From: Polyangiaceae bacterium
GTDB taxonomy: Bacteria > Myxococcota_A > Polyangia > Polyangiales > Polyangiaceae
Reading direction: 5' to 3'
NCBI GenBank assembly: GCA_033763455.1
Contig: JANRKO010000067.1
Span: 1 to 23,979, forward strand
Length of the DNA stretch: 23,979 nucleotides
In this document: piece after piece, positions 1-7,750 of the stretch
Position numbering within the stretch: position 1 is the stretch's first letter
Layout of the letters: the number at the start of each line of letters is the position of its first letter
The notes under the pieces: generated by a model
What the model was told of the DNA's origin: nothing
The model's input: only the letters and a program-made list of their open reading frames with translations
Databases searched by the model: none
Translations under genes and position numbers: made by a program

Positions 1-1
1 C

Positions 2-176
2 GGCCAGATCCCCTCGACCCTCGACAAGGTCTGCCTCGAGGCGGGAATCCCGACTCCGACCGCGCCATCCCAGGCGGAGAGAAGGGCGGCCAAGGCAAAC
101 CGAACAACCATCACCCGCCTGAGAAAAAAAGCTCCAAAACCGGAGTCACAACAACATTTCCCTTGACCACACTCAT
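2..176 (+). mobile_element. Probable right end of an insertion sequence: 3' end of an ORF running in from the window edge (2-166, ...KKAPKPESQQHFP*) plus presumed terminal repeat
   Basis: The frame is open from the edge to TGA at 164-166. The adjacent IS91-like transposase loses homology abruptly at about 176 (RYL* instead of RYHGV). Family not recognisable. Confidence 0.4.
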
Positions 177-627
177 AGATACCGCATCAGGTGAAAACGC
201 GGTGGAGGGATGGCGGCGATGAGGCGAGCGATGAGGTCTTGGCCCTCGAAGAGCACGGCGCGAGTGCCGTCTTTCCAGACGGACTTGAGCGTGAGCTCGA
301 AGCGGCCATCGGAGCGCTCTTCGAGACGGTCTTGGGCCACGGGGGGCCGGGTGATGTAACGGCAGAGGCGCTCGAGTTGGCGGCGGTCGCGGCCGTCGAC
401 GCGCTGTTTGGCAAAGAGGCTGATGCCGGAATGCCGCAGGTGAGATAGGCGTCCATCTCCTCCACCACGAACTTTGGCAATCCGCCGAGCTCTTCGAGCC
501 GCTCGCGGAACGGGGGCCAATGCTCGGCCACTGCCTGGTAGAGCACCGTTTGCTCCGGTTTGCGACGAGCGTAGCCGTCGCTGCGAGCGGCAGCAGCATG
601 GCCGTGAGCGAGCGCGGGGTGCCCCAT
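173..627 (-). pseudogene. IS91/ISCR-like rolling-circle (HUH) transposase remnant; internally deleted, frameshifted and 3'-truncated
   Basis: N-terminal part in one frame (GYARRKPEQTVLYQAV...LPKFVVEEMDAYLTCGI), C-terminal Y2_Tnp part in another (GISLFAKQRVDGRDRRQLERLCRYITRPPVAQDRL...LIARLIAAIPPPRFHLMRY). Junction near 423-436; Zn-finger and HUH core missing. Confidence 0.88.
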
Positions 628-666
628 CGGGGGCGCTCATCGAAAGGAGCGTGCCAACTCTGTCGG

Positions 667-792
667 AGCGCGATTAGGCGCTGTAGAGGTGTGCTCCGGT
701 GTTTCCTAGGGTGTCCGGGTTAGCCAGTGGCCGCCACCTGATTGGGCGTCGTGCCTCCTCTGTGCTTTGCGGTAAGGTGCGGCCTAACACCA
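667..792. repeat. Non-coding region upstream of the IS91-like tnp, copy 1 of a diverged ~126-bp repeat
   Basis: Aligns by eye with 14603-14729: first 33 nt 30/33 identical, last 74 nt 55/74 ungapped. Confidence 0.85.
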
Positions 793-806
793 CCACCACC
801 GGGGCG

Positions 807-837
807 GACCCTTAGGCTCCCCGAATGGCTAAGGGTC
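807..837. terminator. Hairpin: possible terminator for the S8 peptidase gene or IS91-type terminal hairpin
   Basis: GACCCTTAG (807-815) and CTAAGGGTC (829-837) form a perfect 9-bp inverted repeat; no U-tract. Confidence 0.35.
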
Positions 838-990
838 GCCGAATGGGCTACGCAGATCTGTGGAGTCGTTACCTGGATGTTCTCAAAGCGTCCGGGTGTT
901 TCCAGGGGGGCAGCGCGATAGGCTCCGGCGCCTGCTTGAGCAGCCGTTCGATCCAGATGTGGGCCCTTTTGAGCCCCACGGCTGTACTGT

Positions 991-3567
991 CTATTTGGCC
1001 AAGGTTGCCGAATAGCGGCGCCGGATTGTCAAAAGCCCAACCAGCGCCCAAGCCGTTAATCGGATGGCTGAATCAAAGAACGCAGGTTGCTGGGCGTTCG
1101 CGCCATCCGAAGCTCTGCTAAAAGCCACTGCACAGCCGCCCCGCGCCGAGAACGGATGTTTTGCCGCGCTATCATCCACGGCGATAGGTAGAGTTGTTTC
1201 GGCGATTTTCTGCCCTCGCACACTCACGTGCACACGCAGTGCCTCCGCTGCGCTACCCTCGGGGGCCGTGAAGGCCGCCTGCCACGCACCAGGTGCTAAC
1301 TCCGAAACCGGCTCCAGCAGCGTGGCTGGGGTTGCCGTTAGCGAAATATCGCTTAGGGGCAAACGGACGCGGTTCCCATTTTTGTCGCGAAGCTGTGCTG
1401 TTGCCACCAAGCGTGAGCGGCCTGCGGGGCGAATAAAGCTGCTCGAAAGGCTTAGCCAGCTACGTGCGGCGTCTACCTGTGGTGGCTCTTTTGTGATGGG
1501 GGGAGGTGTGAGAAGTTGCGCTATGTCGAGCACTCCCGGGCCGGCTTTTAGTCCATCAGCTACTTTTGGCAGGCGAGAACTAGCAATTAATGAGTTTCTC
1601 AGTTCAGGTTGGGTGAGGTTTGGGTTCCGCTCAAGCAGCAACGCTACGGCACCGGCGACCAAAGGCGCCGAGATAGATGTGCCGGCAGACACAGCGTAGT
1701 TGTCGCTCAACACGAAACACTCTTCTTGTGGCTTCTCACACAAGCCAGCTCCCCCAAATTCGCTCCGTCGATTGCCCCCACGTGGGTCCGCCTGGGCGGA
1801 CAAAGCGGCCGCAACACCGAGCCCAGGTGCGAGGATCTCGGGTTTCAGGTCGCCCCAGGCATTGGGCCCTTCGGCGCTGAACACGGCCTTGGAATCCAGC
1901 GGCTCGGCGTCCATGCCAAAGATCGAAACGGGCACGCTCGTGCCTGCGTAGTCGGTCCATGCTGTGCGATGTGTCGACGACCCCACCGCGATCAATTCCG
2001 ACTGGGCCGCAGGGATTGAAATGGTCCCTGCGCGCTGAGCGTTCGGGAAAAGCGCGCCCGGAGTGGCCCCTCCCGGCAACAGATCCCCGCTGCTTTCCAG
2101 CCAGAGCTGAGCCGTACCGTGACCCACCAGCCGCAACCCAAAAACGCTCCCGCTTGGCCAAGAGCCATCCAAGATAACGATGGCCGAGCCCTCTTCGGGC
2201 GCAGAGGCTGCCGAGCTGCCCTCTTGGGGAGCAGCGGTTGCCGAGCTGCCCTTTGCAGTGCCGTTCAAGATTGTGATCTCAAGGGAGCCCTTCGTGAATG
2301 TACCGGCAGCTCCGGGGGCAACCGGTGGTGCCACGGTGCCGCTGCCATCTTCAACACCGATGGAAACGCTGTCCCCGGGCAAGAAGCTCAGCCAGGTGAA
2401 GACGGTGGCTCGGGTGGTCGGAGAAAGCGTATGTGGGCTGAGCACGGGGATCAGGCTCCCGCCATTTCGAGCAACGAAGGATTCTGTGTGAATACCGAAA
2501 GGGCCCGGGTAGCGCTGCGTGATGCCGGAATACACGGCGCCGCTATTGCCAGCTGCCACTACAATGCTCCGCCCTTTGAACTCCGGGCCCACAAATCCAG
2601 CCAATGCTCGCTCCAGCTCGCTTGAGCCATCGTGGGGGCCAAAATCGCTGCCCAGGCTCAGGTTCACCACGGCCGGCAAACCCAACGCTGCGGCCTCTTG
2701 GAACACGAAGCTCACGGCCCGAAGCACGTCGGCATCTAAGACACCGCCGCTTTGATCGCGCGTAACTCTAGCAACGATAAGATCTGCCTCCGGTGCCACA
2801 CCGACGAAGCGGGGATCGGCAGCTCCGTTACCCGCCGCCAGGGACGCAACGTGTGTGCCGTGACCCAATACGTCCAAAGGGAGGCGCTCCGTGTCCCCAG
2901 CCTTGAGGAAGGCATTGATCTCGGTGTCCGTGAGAACAGAACACTGGCCCGAAGAAGTGCAGCCGTACTCATTCTCAAGATCGCGAGCGAGGCCGCGAGG
3001 AGGTGTCGAAAAATCCAGCAACCGCCGCACGCGGGTGGTGCCGTCGGCGTGGCGCAGGTCAGGATGTGTTACGTCCGCTCCGGAATCGATGATTCCTATG
3101 AGGGTGCCAACGCCGGTTAATCCGGAATCTTGACGCGCTGCGCGCGCGTGAACAAATGGCTCAACTTGGTCCAGCAACAAGCGTCGCCGCGGTGCCCATT
3201 GCCATTGCCAATCAGGGTGCCCCTCAACCCAACGAGAAAGTTGGCTCGTGGGAACTTCTACACTGCTCAGCCCGGGTGTGATCTGAAAAAGCCCAGCGCT
3301 CGAAAATTCTGGAGCTTTTGCATGGGTAACCAAGAGCGAAATCGACCTATTGTGTGTATTTTCAAACGCCTTCGGCAGAGCATGGCGGTCTAGTGGGGCG
3401 TGGCGCGTGACTACGAGCTGACGAAAAGGGAGCTCCGCTCGCACTCGGTGTGGCCAGGCCAGGGTGGAAGTTACCAATCCACCGATGAGCAGTGTGCGAA
3501 GTTTCCCGAGCTTTAACGTTACCAGCGGTTGAGGCTTCATGCGCTGCATTGAAATGCCTCTCGTCAT
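991..3567 (-). CDS. Secreted S8 (subtilisin-like) serine peptidase with large catalytic-domain insert, Ig-like C-terminal region and MYXO-CTERM-like anchor (start may be 3549 or 3540)
   Basis: Triad motifs IGIIDSG, GHGTHVAS and AGTSISAPLVAG; oxyanion AAGN; VVNLSLG; signal peptide ending VRA; tail GGC...hydrophobic...RRR. Confidence 0.92.
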   Translation of the reverse strand: MTRGISMQRMKPQPLVTLKLGKLRTLLIGGLVTSTLAWPHRVRAELPFRQLVVTRHAPLDRHALPKAFENTHNRSISLLVTHAKAPEFSSAGLFQITPGLSSVEVPTSQLSRWVEGHPDWQWQWAPRRRLLLDQVEPFVHARAARQDSGLTGVGTLIGIIDSGADVTHPDLRHADGTTRVRRLLDFSTPPRGLARDLENEYGCTSSGQCSVLTDTEINAFLKAGDTERLPLDVLGHGTHVASLAAGNGAADPRFVGVAPEADLIVARVTRDQSGGVLDADVLRAVSFVFQEAAALGLPAVVNLSLGSDFGPHDGSSELERALAGFVGPEFKGRSIVVAAGNSGAVYSGITQRYPGPFGIHTESFVARNGGSLIPVLSPHTLSPTTRATVFTWLSFLPGDSVSIGVEDGSGTVAPPVAPGAAGTFTKGSLEITILNGTAKGSSATAAPQEGSSAASAPEEGSAIVILDGSWPSGSVFGLRLVGHGTAQLWLESSGDLLPGGATPGALFPNAQRAGTISIPAAQSELIAVGSSTHRTAWTDYAGTSVPVSIFGMDAEPLDSKAVFSAEGPNAWGDLKPEILAPGLGVAAALSAQADPRGGNRRSEFGGAGLCEKPQEECFVLSDNYAVSAGTSISAPLVAGAVALLLERNPNLTQPELRNSLIASSRLPKVADGLKAGPGVLDIAQLLTPPPITKEPPQVDAARSWLSLSSSFIRPAGRSRLVATAQLRDKNGNRVRLPLSDISLTATPATLLEPVSELAPGAWQAAFTAPEGSAAEALRVHVSVRGQKIAETTLPIAVDDSAAKHPFSARGGCAVAFSRASDGANAQQPAFFDSAIRLTAWALVGLLTIRRRYSATLAK

Positions 3568-3585
3568 TACAGCTAGCCCCTTGGT

Positions 3586-5118
3586 TCAGACCGGCGGAAC
3601 CATGTGTTTCTTGCTGAGGCGAGCTCGCCGCGGCTGCTCCGCGTAATAGGTAAAACGTTGAGTGAGTTCGTTCCGCAAGCCTTCGAACGGTACGATTTTT
3701 TCGACCACCAACTCACTGGCCAGCTTCAAAAGGTCCACATCTTCTCGGTATTCTTCGCGCAGCGCTTCCACGTAACGCGTGCGTTCTTCTCCCTCAGGCA
3801 CAGCTTGGATCTTGTTGTAATACACCGCGTTCACGGCGGCTTGCGGCCCCATAACGGCGATAGACGCGGTGGGGAGCGCCAAACAGCAGTCGGGCTCAAA
3901 GGCTGGCCCACACATTGCGTAAAGCCCCGCACCATATGCCTTTCGCACCACCACACTGATCTTGGGCACTGTGGCTTCGCTCACCGCAGCTATCATCTTT
4001 GCCCCGGAGCGGATAATTCCCTGGCGCTCTACCTTGGTACCGATCATGAAGCCCGGAACGTCCGCGAGAAAGAGCAGAGGGATATTGAAGGCGTCGCACA
4101 ACCAAATGAAGCGCGCTGCTTTGTCGGCACTATCCACGAATAATATTCCGCCCAAATGTTTGGGCTGATTGGCCACGACCCCCACCACGCGCCCTGAAAT
4201 GCGCGCCAAGCCGGTGATCATCTCTTTGGCAAAACGCGCCTTGATTTCGAGGAAGCTGTCGGCATCAATAACATTGTCGATCACCTGCTTCATGTCGAAC
4301 GGCTTGTTTTCGTCGGCGAGCACAATCTCCGAAAGCGGCTTCACATCAGCCTTAGGGGAAGTAGCAACAGCAAGGGGCGCCGCCTGGGAAGAAGAGCTCG
4401 GAAGATACCCAAGGTAGCGTTGGCAGAAGGCAATGGCCTCAGGTTCACTCTTCACGAGTACATCCCCGCAGCCCGACACAGACGTATGCATTTTGGCGCC
4501 GCCCATTTCCTCAAGGTCTACCTTTTCGCCCACCACCATCTCCGCCATGCGCGGAGAGCCGAGGTACATACTGGCGTTGCCGTCCACCATCACCACGACA
4601 TCGCAGAAGGCGGGAATGTAAGCGCCCCCAGCGGCAGAAGGCCCAAAAAGTAGGCAAATCTGCGGTAGGTGCCCGCTCATCTGTACCTGATTGAAGAAGA
4701 TGCGTCCGGCGCCCCGGCGGCCAGGAAACATCTGTACCTGATCGGTGATGCGGGCTCCGGCAGAATCCACCAAATACACTAGAGGGCACGCTTGGCGCAT
4801 GGCCGTTTCTTGGATGCGCAAGATCTTTTCAACGGTGCGCTGTCCCCAGGAACCGGCCTTCACTGTGGAATCGTTGGCCATGATGGCAACGGTACGGCCA
4901 CCCACTTTGCCAAGGCCGGTTACCACGCCATCGGAAGGCAAATCCAGAGAGAGAGCGTTGGCGAGCTCGGCGTCTTCAACGAAGGAGCCCGCATCTAAGA
5001 GCAGGCGAACGCGTTCCCTCGCAAAGAGCTTACCTTGGGCTTGGTTCTGTTCGTGGTATTTCGCGGCGCCTCCCGCGTGAACGGCGTCAACGATCTCTCG
5101 CAGCTTGTCATCGCGCAT
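3586..5118 (-). CDS. Acyl-CoA carboxylase carboxyltransferase beta subunit (methylcrotonyl-CoA/YngE-like)
   Basis: GKLFARERV, DGVVTG, ANDSTVKAGSWG, YLVDSAGARITDQ, GPSAAGGAYIP, DVPGFMIG, RKAYGAG, C-terminal KKHMVPPV. Start set at MRDDKL (5118). Confidence 0.93.
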   Translation of the reverse strand: MRDDKLREIVDAVHAGGAAKYHEQNQAQGKLFARERVRLLLDAGSFVEDAELANALSLDLPSDGVVTGLGKVGGRTVAIMANDSTVKAGSWGQRTVEKILRIQETAMRQACPLVYLVDSAGARITDQVQMFPGRRGAGRIFFNQVQMSGHLPQICLLFGPSAAGGAYIPAFCDVVVMVDGNASMYLGSPRMAEMVVGEKVDLEEMGGAKMHTSVSGCGDVLVKSEPEAIAFCQRYLGYLPSSSSQAAPLAVATSPKADVKPLSEIVLADENKPFDMKQVIDNVIDADSFLEIKARFAKEMITGLARISGRVVGVVANQPKHLGGILFVDSADKAARFIWLCDAFNIPLLFLADVPGFMIGTKVERQGIIRSGAKMIAAVSEATVPKISVVVRKAYGAGLYAMCGPAFEPDCCLALPTASIAVMGPQAAVNAVYYNKIQAVPEGEERTRYVEALREEYREDVDLLKLASELVVEKIVPFEGLRNELTQRFTYYAEQPRRARLSKKHMVPPV

Positions 5119-5180
5119 ACACGCCCTAAGGTAGCTCTCCTTGGGGCCTCGTGAAAGCTCGGGAGCTTTCCGGCTTTGCC

Positions 5181-6158
5181 TCAGCGCTCTCGCAGCAGCT
5201 TTTCGATGAGCGCGCGCATCTCGGTGAGGCGCTCGGGTGAATACCCGACCAACACGTCTTTCACGGTGCCCCGTTGGTCGATAACCACGACCATCGGAAT
5301 GGACATCGCCTTGTACACCTTGGTAATCTCCCCGGATTCGTCCGCAGCCAGCGGGTACTTCATGCCAAGCTGGAACGCCGTCCGGGTCGATTCCTCCACC
5401 GACGAAGCTGTGATGCCGATGATTTCCAAGCCTTGGGCTCGGAGGTCGCGGTGCCAGGTATTCATGGTGGGCACCATGAAACGGCACACTCCGCACCACG
5501 GCGCCCAGAACTCAAGCACCACAACCTTGCCGCGCAGCGATTGAAGCGTGTGTTTCGGCGCCCCCTGGATGTCTTCGAATACCCCGAGTTCTGGAGCTAA
5601 CCTACCGATCAATTCACCGCGGACGATGTCACCGTTGCTGGGGCGAGCCGTAAGGTTCACTCGAACCAGGCGCTTCTCGCCGCCGCGTTCGAAGCCAATC
5701 GCCAAGCTTTCCCCGACTCGATGCTCGCGCACAGCGCTGATCACCTGATCGGGCGAGGTGAGCGACACTCCTTCGAGGCTGAGCAGGATATCTTCTGGCT
5801 GAAGTCCAGCACGCTCAGCAGGCGAACCGCTGATGACCGAACGAACGTCGACGCCTGGCAAGCTAGGGATCCTCGCTGCTAGTTGGAGGCCCAGCCAGGG
5901 AGGTCCGGAAGCGGTAACTGGTGGCTCACTGGGCGGCGCAGGCGCCGCGGGGCCAGGAGCTGGTGCCGTCGGAAACGGAGGGGTGGGGGCAGATGCAGCA
6001 GCAGACGACCGTGCGCCTGGAGCTGGGACGCTAGCGCTTGGGATCTTCCCGCTGCGATGAGCGAGGCACCCCACTAGGAGTGTGGAACCGAGTACCCACC
6101 CAAGCCGCTCTGGCAATCGCAGCCTCCCCCTTCGCCATGTTCTCGCCAGCGTGGTCAC
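5181..6158 (-). CDS. PDZ domain plus TlpA/ResA-like thiol-disulfide oxidoreductase, probable lipoprotein (start uncertain)
   Basis: Lipobox-like LLVGC, Pro/Ala-rich linker, PDZ (PWLGL...GSPAERAGLQPEDIL), redoxin (LRGKVVVLEFWAPWCGVC...IP). Confidence 0.85.
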   Translation of the reverse strand: MTTLARTWRRGRLRLPERLGWVLGSTLLVGCLAHRSGKIPSASVPAPGARSSAAASAPTPPFPTAPAPGPAAPAPPSEPPVTASGPPWLGLQLAARIPSLPGVDVRSVISGSPAERAGLQPEDILLSLEGVSLTSPDQVISAVREHRVGESLAIGFERGGEKRLVRVNLTARPSNGDIVRGELIGRLAPELGVFEDIQGAPKHTLQSLRGKVVVLEFWAPWCGVCRFMVPTMNTWHRDLRAQGLEIIGITASSVEESTRTAFQLGMKYPLAADESGEITKVYKAMSIPMVVVIDQRGTVKDVLVGYSPERLTEMRALIEKLLRER

Positions 6159-6277
6159 AGCTCCTGAGCCTAGCCTGAACGCCGGAATGGCGGCAGACCT
6201 GGAAGCGTTACCAGCAAGTGCCCCCCAAAACGGCAGAACCCGGCGAAAGCCGGGCTCTGGATTCACTACGCGAAGCT

Positions 6278-6400
6278 AAAAGAAGGGGTAAGCCAAGAAA
6301 AAAAGATAAGAGAAGAACTAAGCCAAGCTTCTTTGAGTAAGCCGGCGGCCCGAAGACCCCGTAAGAACCCATCTCGCAAGGAGAAAGGCTAAGTAACCCC
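6278..6400 (-). ncRNA. Candidate sigma54-dependent small RNA or long structured 5' leader
   Basis: Non-coding and pyrimidine-rich on the minus strand, directly downstream of a -24/-12 motif. Contains a C(UUCG)G tetraloop hairpin (6347-6358), repeated CUUA and a U-rich 3' end. Confidence 0.4.
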
Positions 6401-6406
6401 TACCTA

Positions 6407-6422
6407 AGCAGGGCGCGTGCCA
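6407..6422 (-). promoter_or_regulatory. Sigma54 (-24/-12) promoter
   Basis: Minus strand TGGCACGCGCCCTGCT matches TGGCACG-N4-TTGCW with one mismatch and correct GG-N10-GC spacing. Confidence 0.7.
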
Positions 6423-6607
6423 AGTTGGCATTTTGGACGTAACTGTTGGAAATTATGTGTAGTTTTGGCAAGCCGTTCAGCCTGTTCCTGCATTGGAGGG
6501 CTGCATGCCGGGCTCTCGTGTCGTGGGCGGCGGGCGGCTATGCAAAGATTTTAGAGTCCGCGTGCTAAACGGTGACCGAGCTCCCCCTCTTCGAGCTGAC
6601 GCCGGAG

Positions 6608-6636
6608 TTGACAGTCAGGGCGGCGTGACTAAAAGT
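6608..6636 (+). promoter_or_regulatory. Putative sigma70 promoter of tRNA-Arg
   Basis: TTGACA at 6608-6613, TAAAAGT at 6630-6636, then a GC-rich discriminator-like stretch before the tRNA. Confidence 0.55.
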
Positions 6637-6649
6637 CCGCGCCCCAAAC

Positions 6650-6726
6650 GCGCCCGTAGCTCAGTTGGATAGAGCGTCGGTCTACGGAACCGAAAGTCGG
6701 AAGTTCGAATCTTTCCGGGCGCGCCA
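6650..6726 (+). tRNA. tRNA-Arg (anticodon ACG)
   Basis: Acceptor stem GCGCCCG/CGGGCGC, D-arm TAGCTCAGTTGGATAGAGC, anticodon arm TCGGT-CTACGGA-ACCGA (ACG at 6684-6686), GTTCGAATC T-loop, encoded CCA. Confidence 0.98.
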
Positions 6727-6817
6727 GCAAACCCACCCTCCTAGCCGGGCCGGGTGAATCGGTCGCTGCCGAGCAGCTCGGTTGACCTGAGCGATCCTGC
6801 CGTTCCACTCTCTCGGC

Positions 6818-7741
6818 ATGCAGACCCAACTTCGCTCCTCGCTGACAGTTCTTGTGGCCATGTTCCTGGGCGCGTGCGCATCCAAACAGCTTGAGCCGCT
6901 CACCGTGTCCTCCGCAGCCCAATCCGGCTACGCGAGCGAGTACCCCGCAAATCTCGCCCGTTTGCGTGGACAATTCACCCAATATGAGTTGCAAGTTCAA
7001 CAGGCCTTGGGTGAGTTCCCCACGTACCCCGCACAGTTGGATAAGCCGCACTGGGCTGACGTAGAAGTAGCCGTCACGTTGGCGGACGAGGAGGGCAAGA
7101 GTCAGTCCTTCGTGGACGCCTACGCAGATCGTCAGGAAGTTGAGGGGTTTTTCGAACAGGAGGGGAAGACCATCAAGCAGAAGGTGGGCGGAGCTGCACA
7201 GTTTGCTGCCAAAGAGAAGAACTGCGACGTGGAGCTGTACGGCCCCACAGCCCACGCGCTTGATAAGAGCGTTGAGAAGCAGCTTCAGGATCGCGCCGAA
7301 GCCAAGAGCGAAGCGGTTCAATACATTGAAGACAACAGTGACCGACTGCTGGAGAAGAACGTTGAGAAGTTGAAGGTGCAAGTCGGCAAGATCGCCGAGG
7401 TGAGTTACCTCACTCACGTAGCCGTGCGCCAAACATCCAGAGATCTCCAGGTGCTCTTGGCCGAAGCCTCCACGGTGAAGAGTACTCTTCAAGATACCGT
7501 GGAGCGGGCGAAAGCGGTGCAGAGCGATGCCAACCGTTCCAAGGCTGATGTGGCGCGCGCGGCAGAACGCCAAAAGGCGGCTGAAGCGGCACTTGGCAAT
7601 CTAGATTCCGAGGTCAAGCAAGCTGAACACGTCCAGACAACGGTGGAGGAGCGCGCCAAGAAGCTTGACGCCGCCTATGAGCAAGCTTTGGATGCGTTGA
7701 AGGACGCGATCGAGGCGCAGGCCAAAGCAGAAGTTAAATAA
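6818..7741 (+). CDS. Hypothetical helical/coiled-coil lipoprotein
   Basis: Lipobox FLGAC after a hydrophobic stretch; A/E/K/Q-rich 307-aa ORF with GC3-biased codons. Confidence 0.8.
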   Translation: MQTQLRSSLTVLVAMFLGACASKQLEPLTVSSAAQSGYASEYPANLARLRGQFTQYELQVQQALGEFPTYPAQLDKPHWADVEVAVTLADEEGKSQSFVDAYADRQEVEGFFEQEGKTIKQKVGGAAQFAAKEKNCDVELYGPTAHALDKSVEKQLQDRAEAKSEAVQYIEDNSDRLLEKNVEKLKVQVGKIAEVSYLTHVAVRQTSRDLQVLLAEASTVKSTLQDTVERAKAVQSDANRSKADVARAAERQKAAEAALGNLDSEVKQAEHVQTTVEERAKKLDAAYEQALDALKDAIEAQAKAEVK

Positions 7742-7750
7742 AGCGAAGGG

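Noticed and set aside
783..817. attC-like GCCTAAC...CTTAGGC (integron cassette site)
   Set aside because: Only 35 bp, lacks the GTT core on the right, no L boxes, not conserved in the second repeat copy, and no integrase or cassette array.
6278..6408. TAAGCC repeats as a CRISPR array, or the RNA as Pxr
   Set aside because: Repeats are too short and irregular with no cas genes; I cannot match the sequence to Pxr.
6650..6726. tRNA-Arg as an island integration site
   Set aside because: No duplicate of its 3' end and no integrase seen in the window.
6629..7573. 314-aa minus-strand ORF and similar antisense ORFs
   Set aside because: Shadow frames of GC-rich genes; this one overlaps the tRNA and the lipoprotein and has no motifs.
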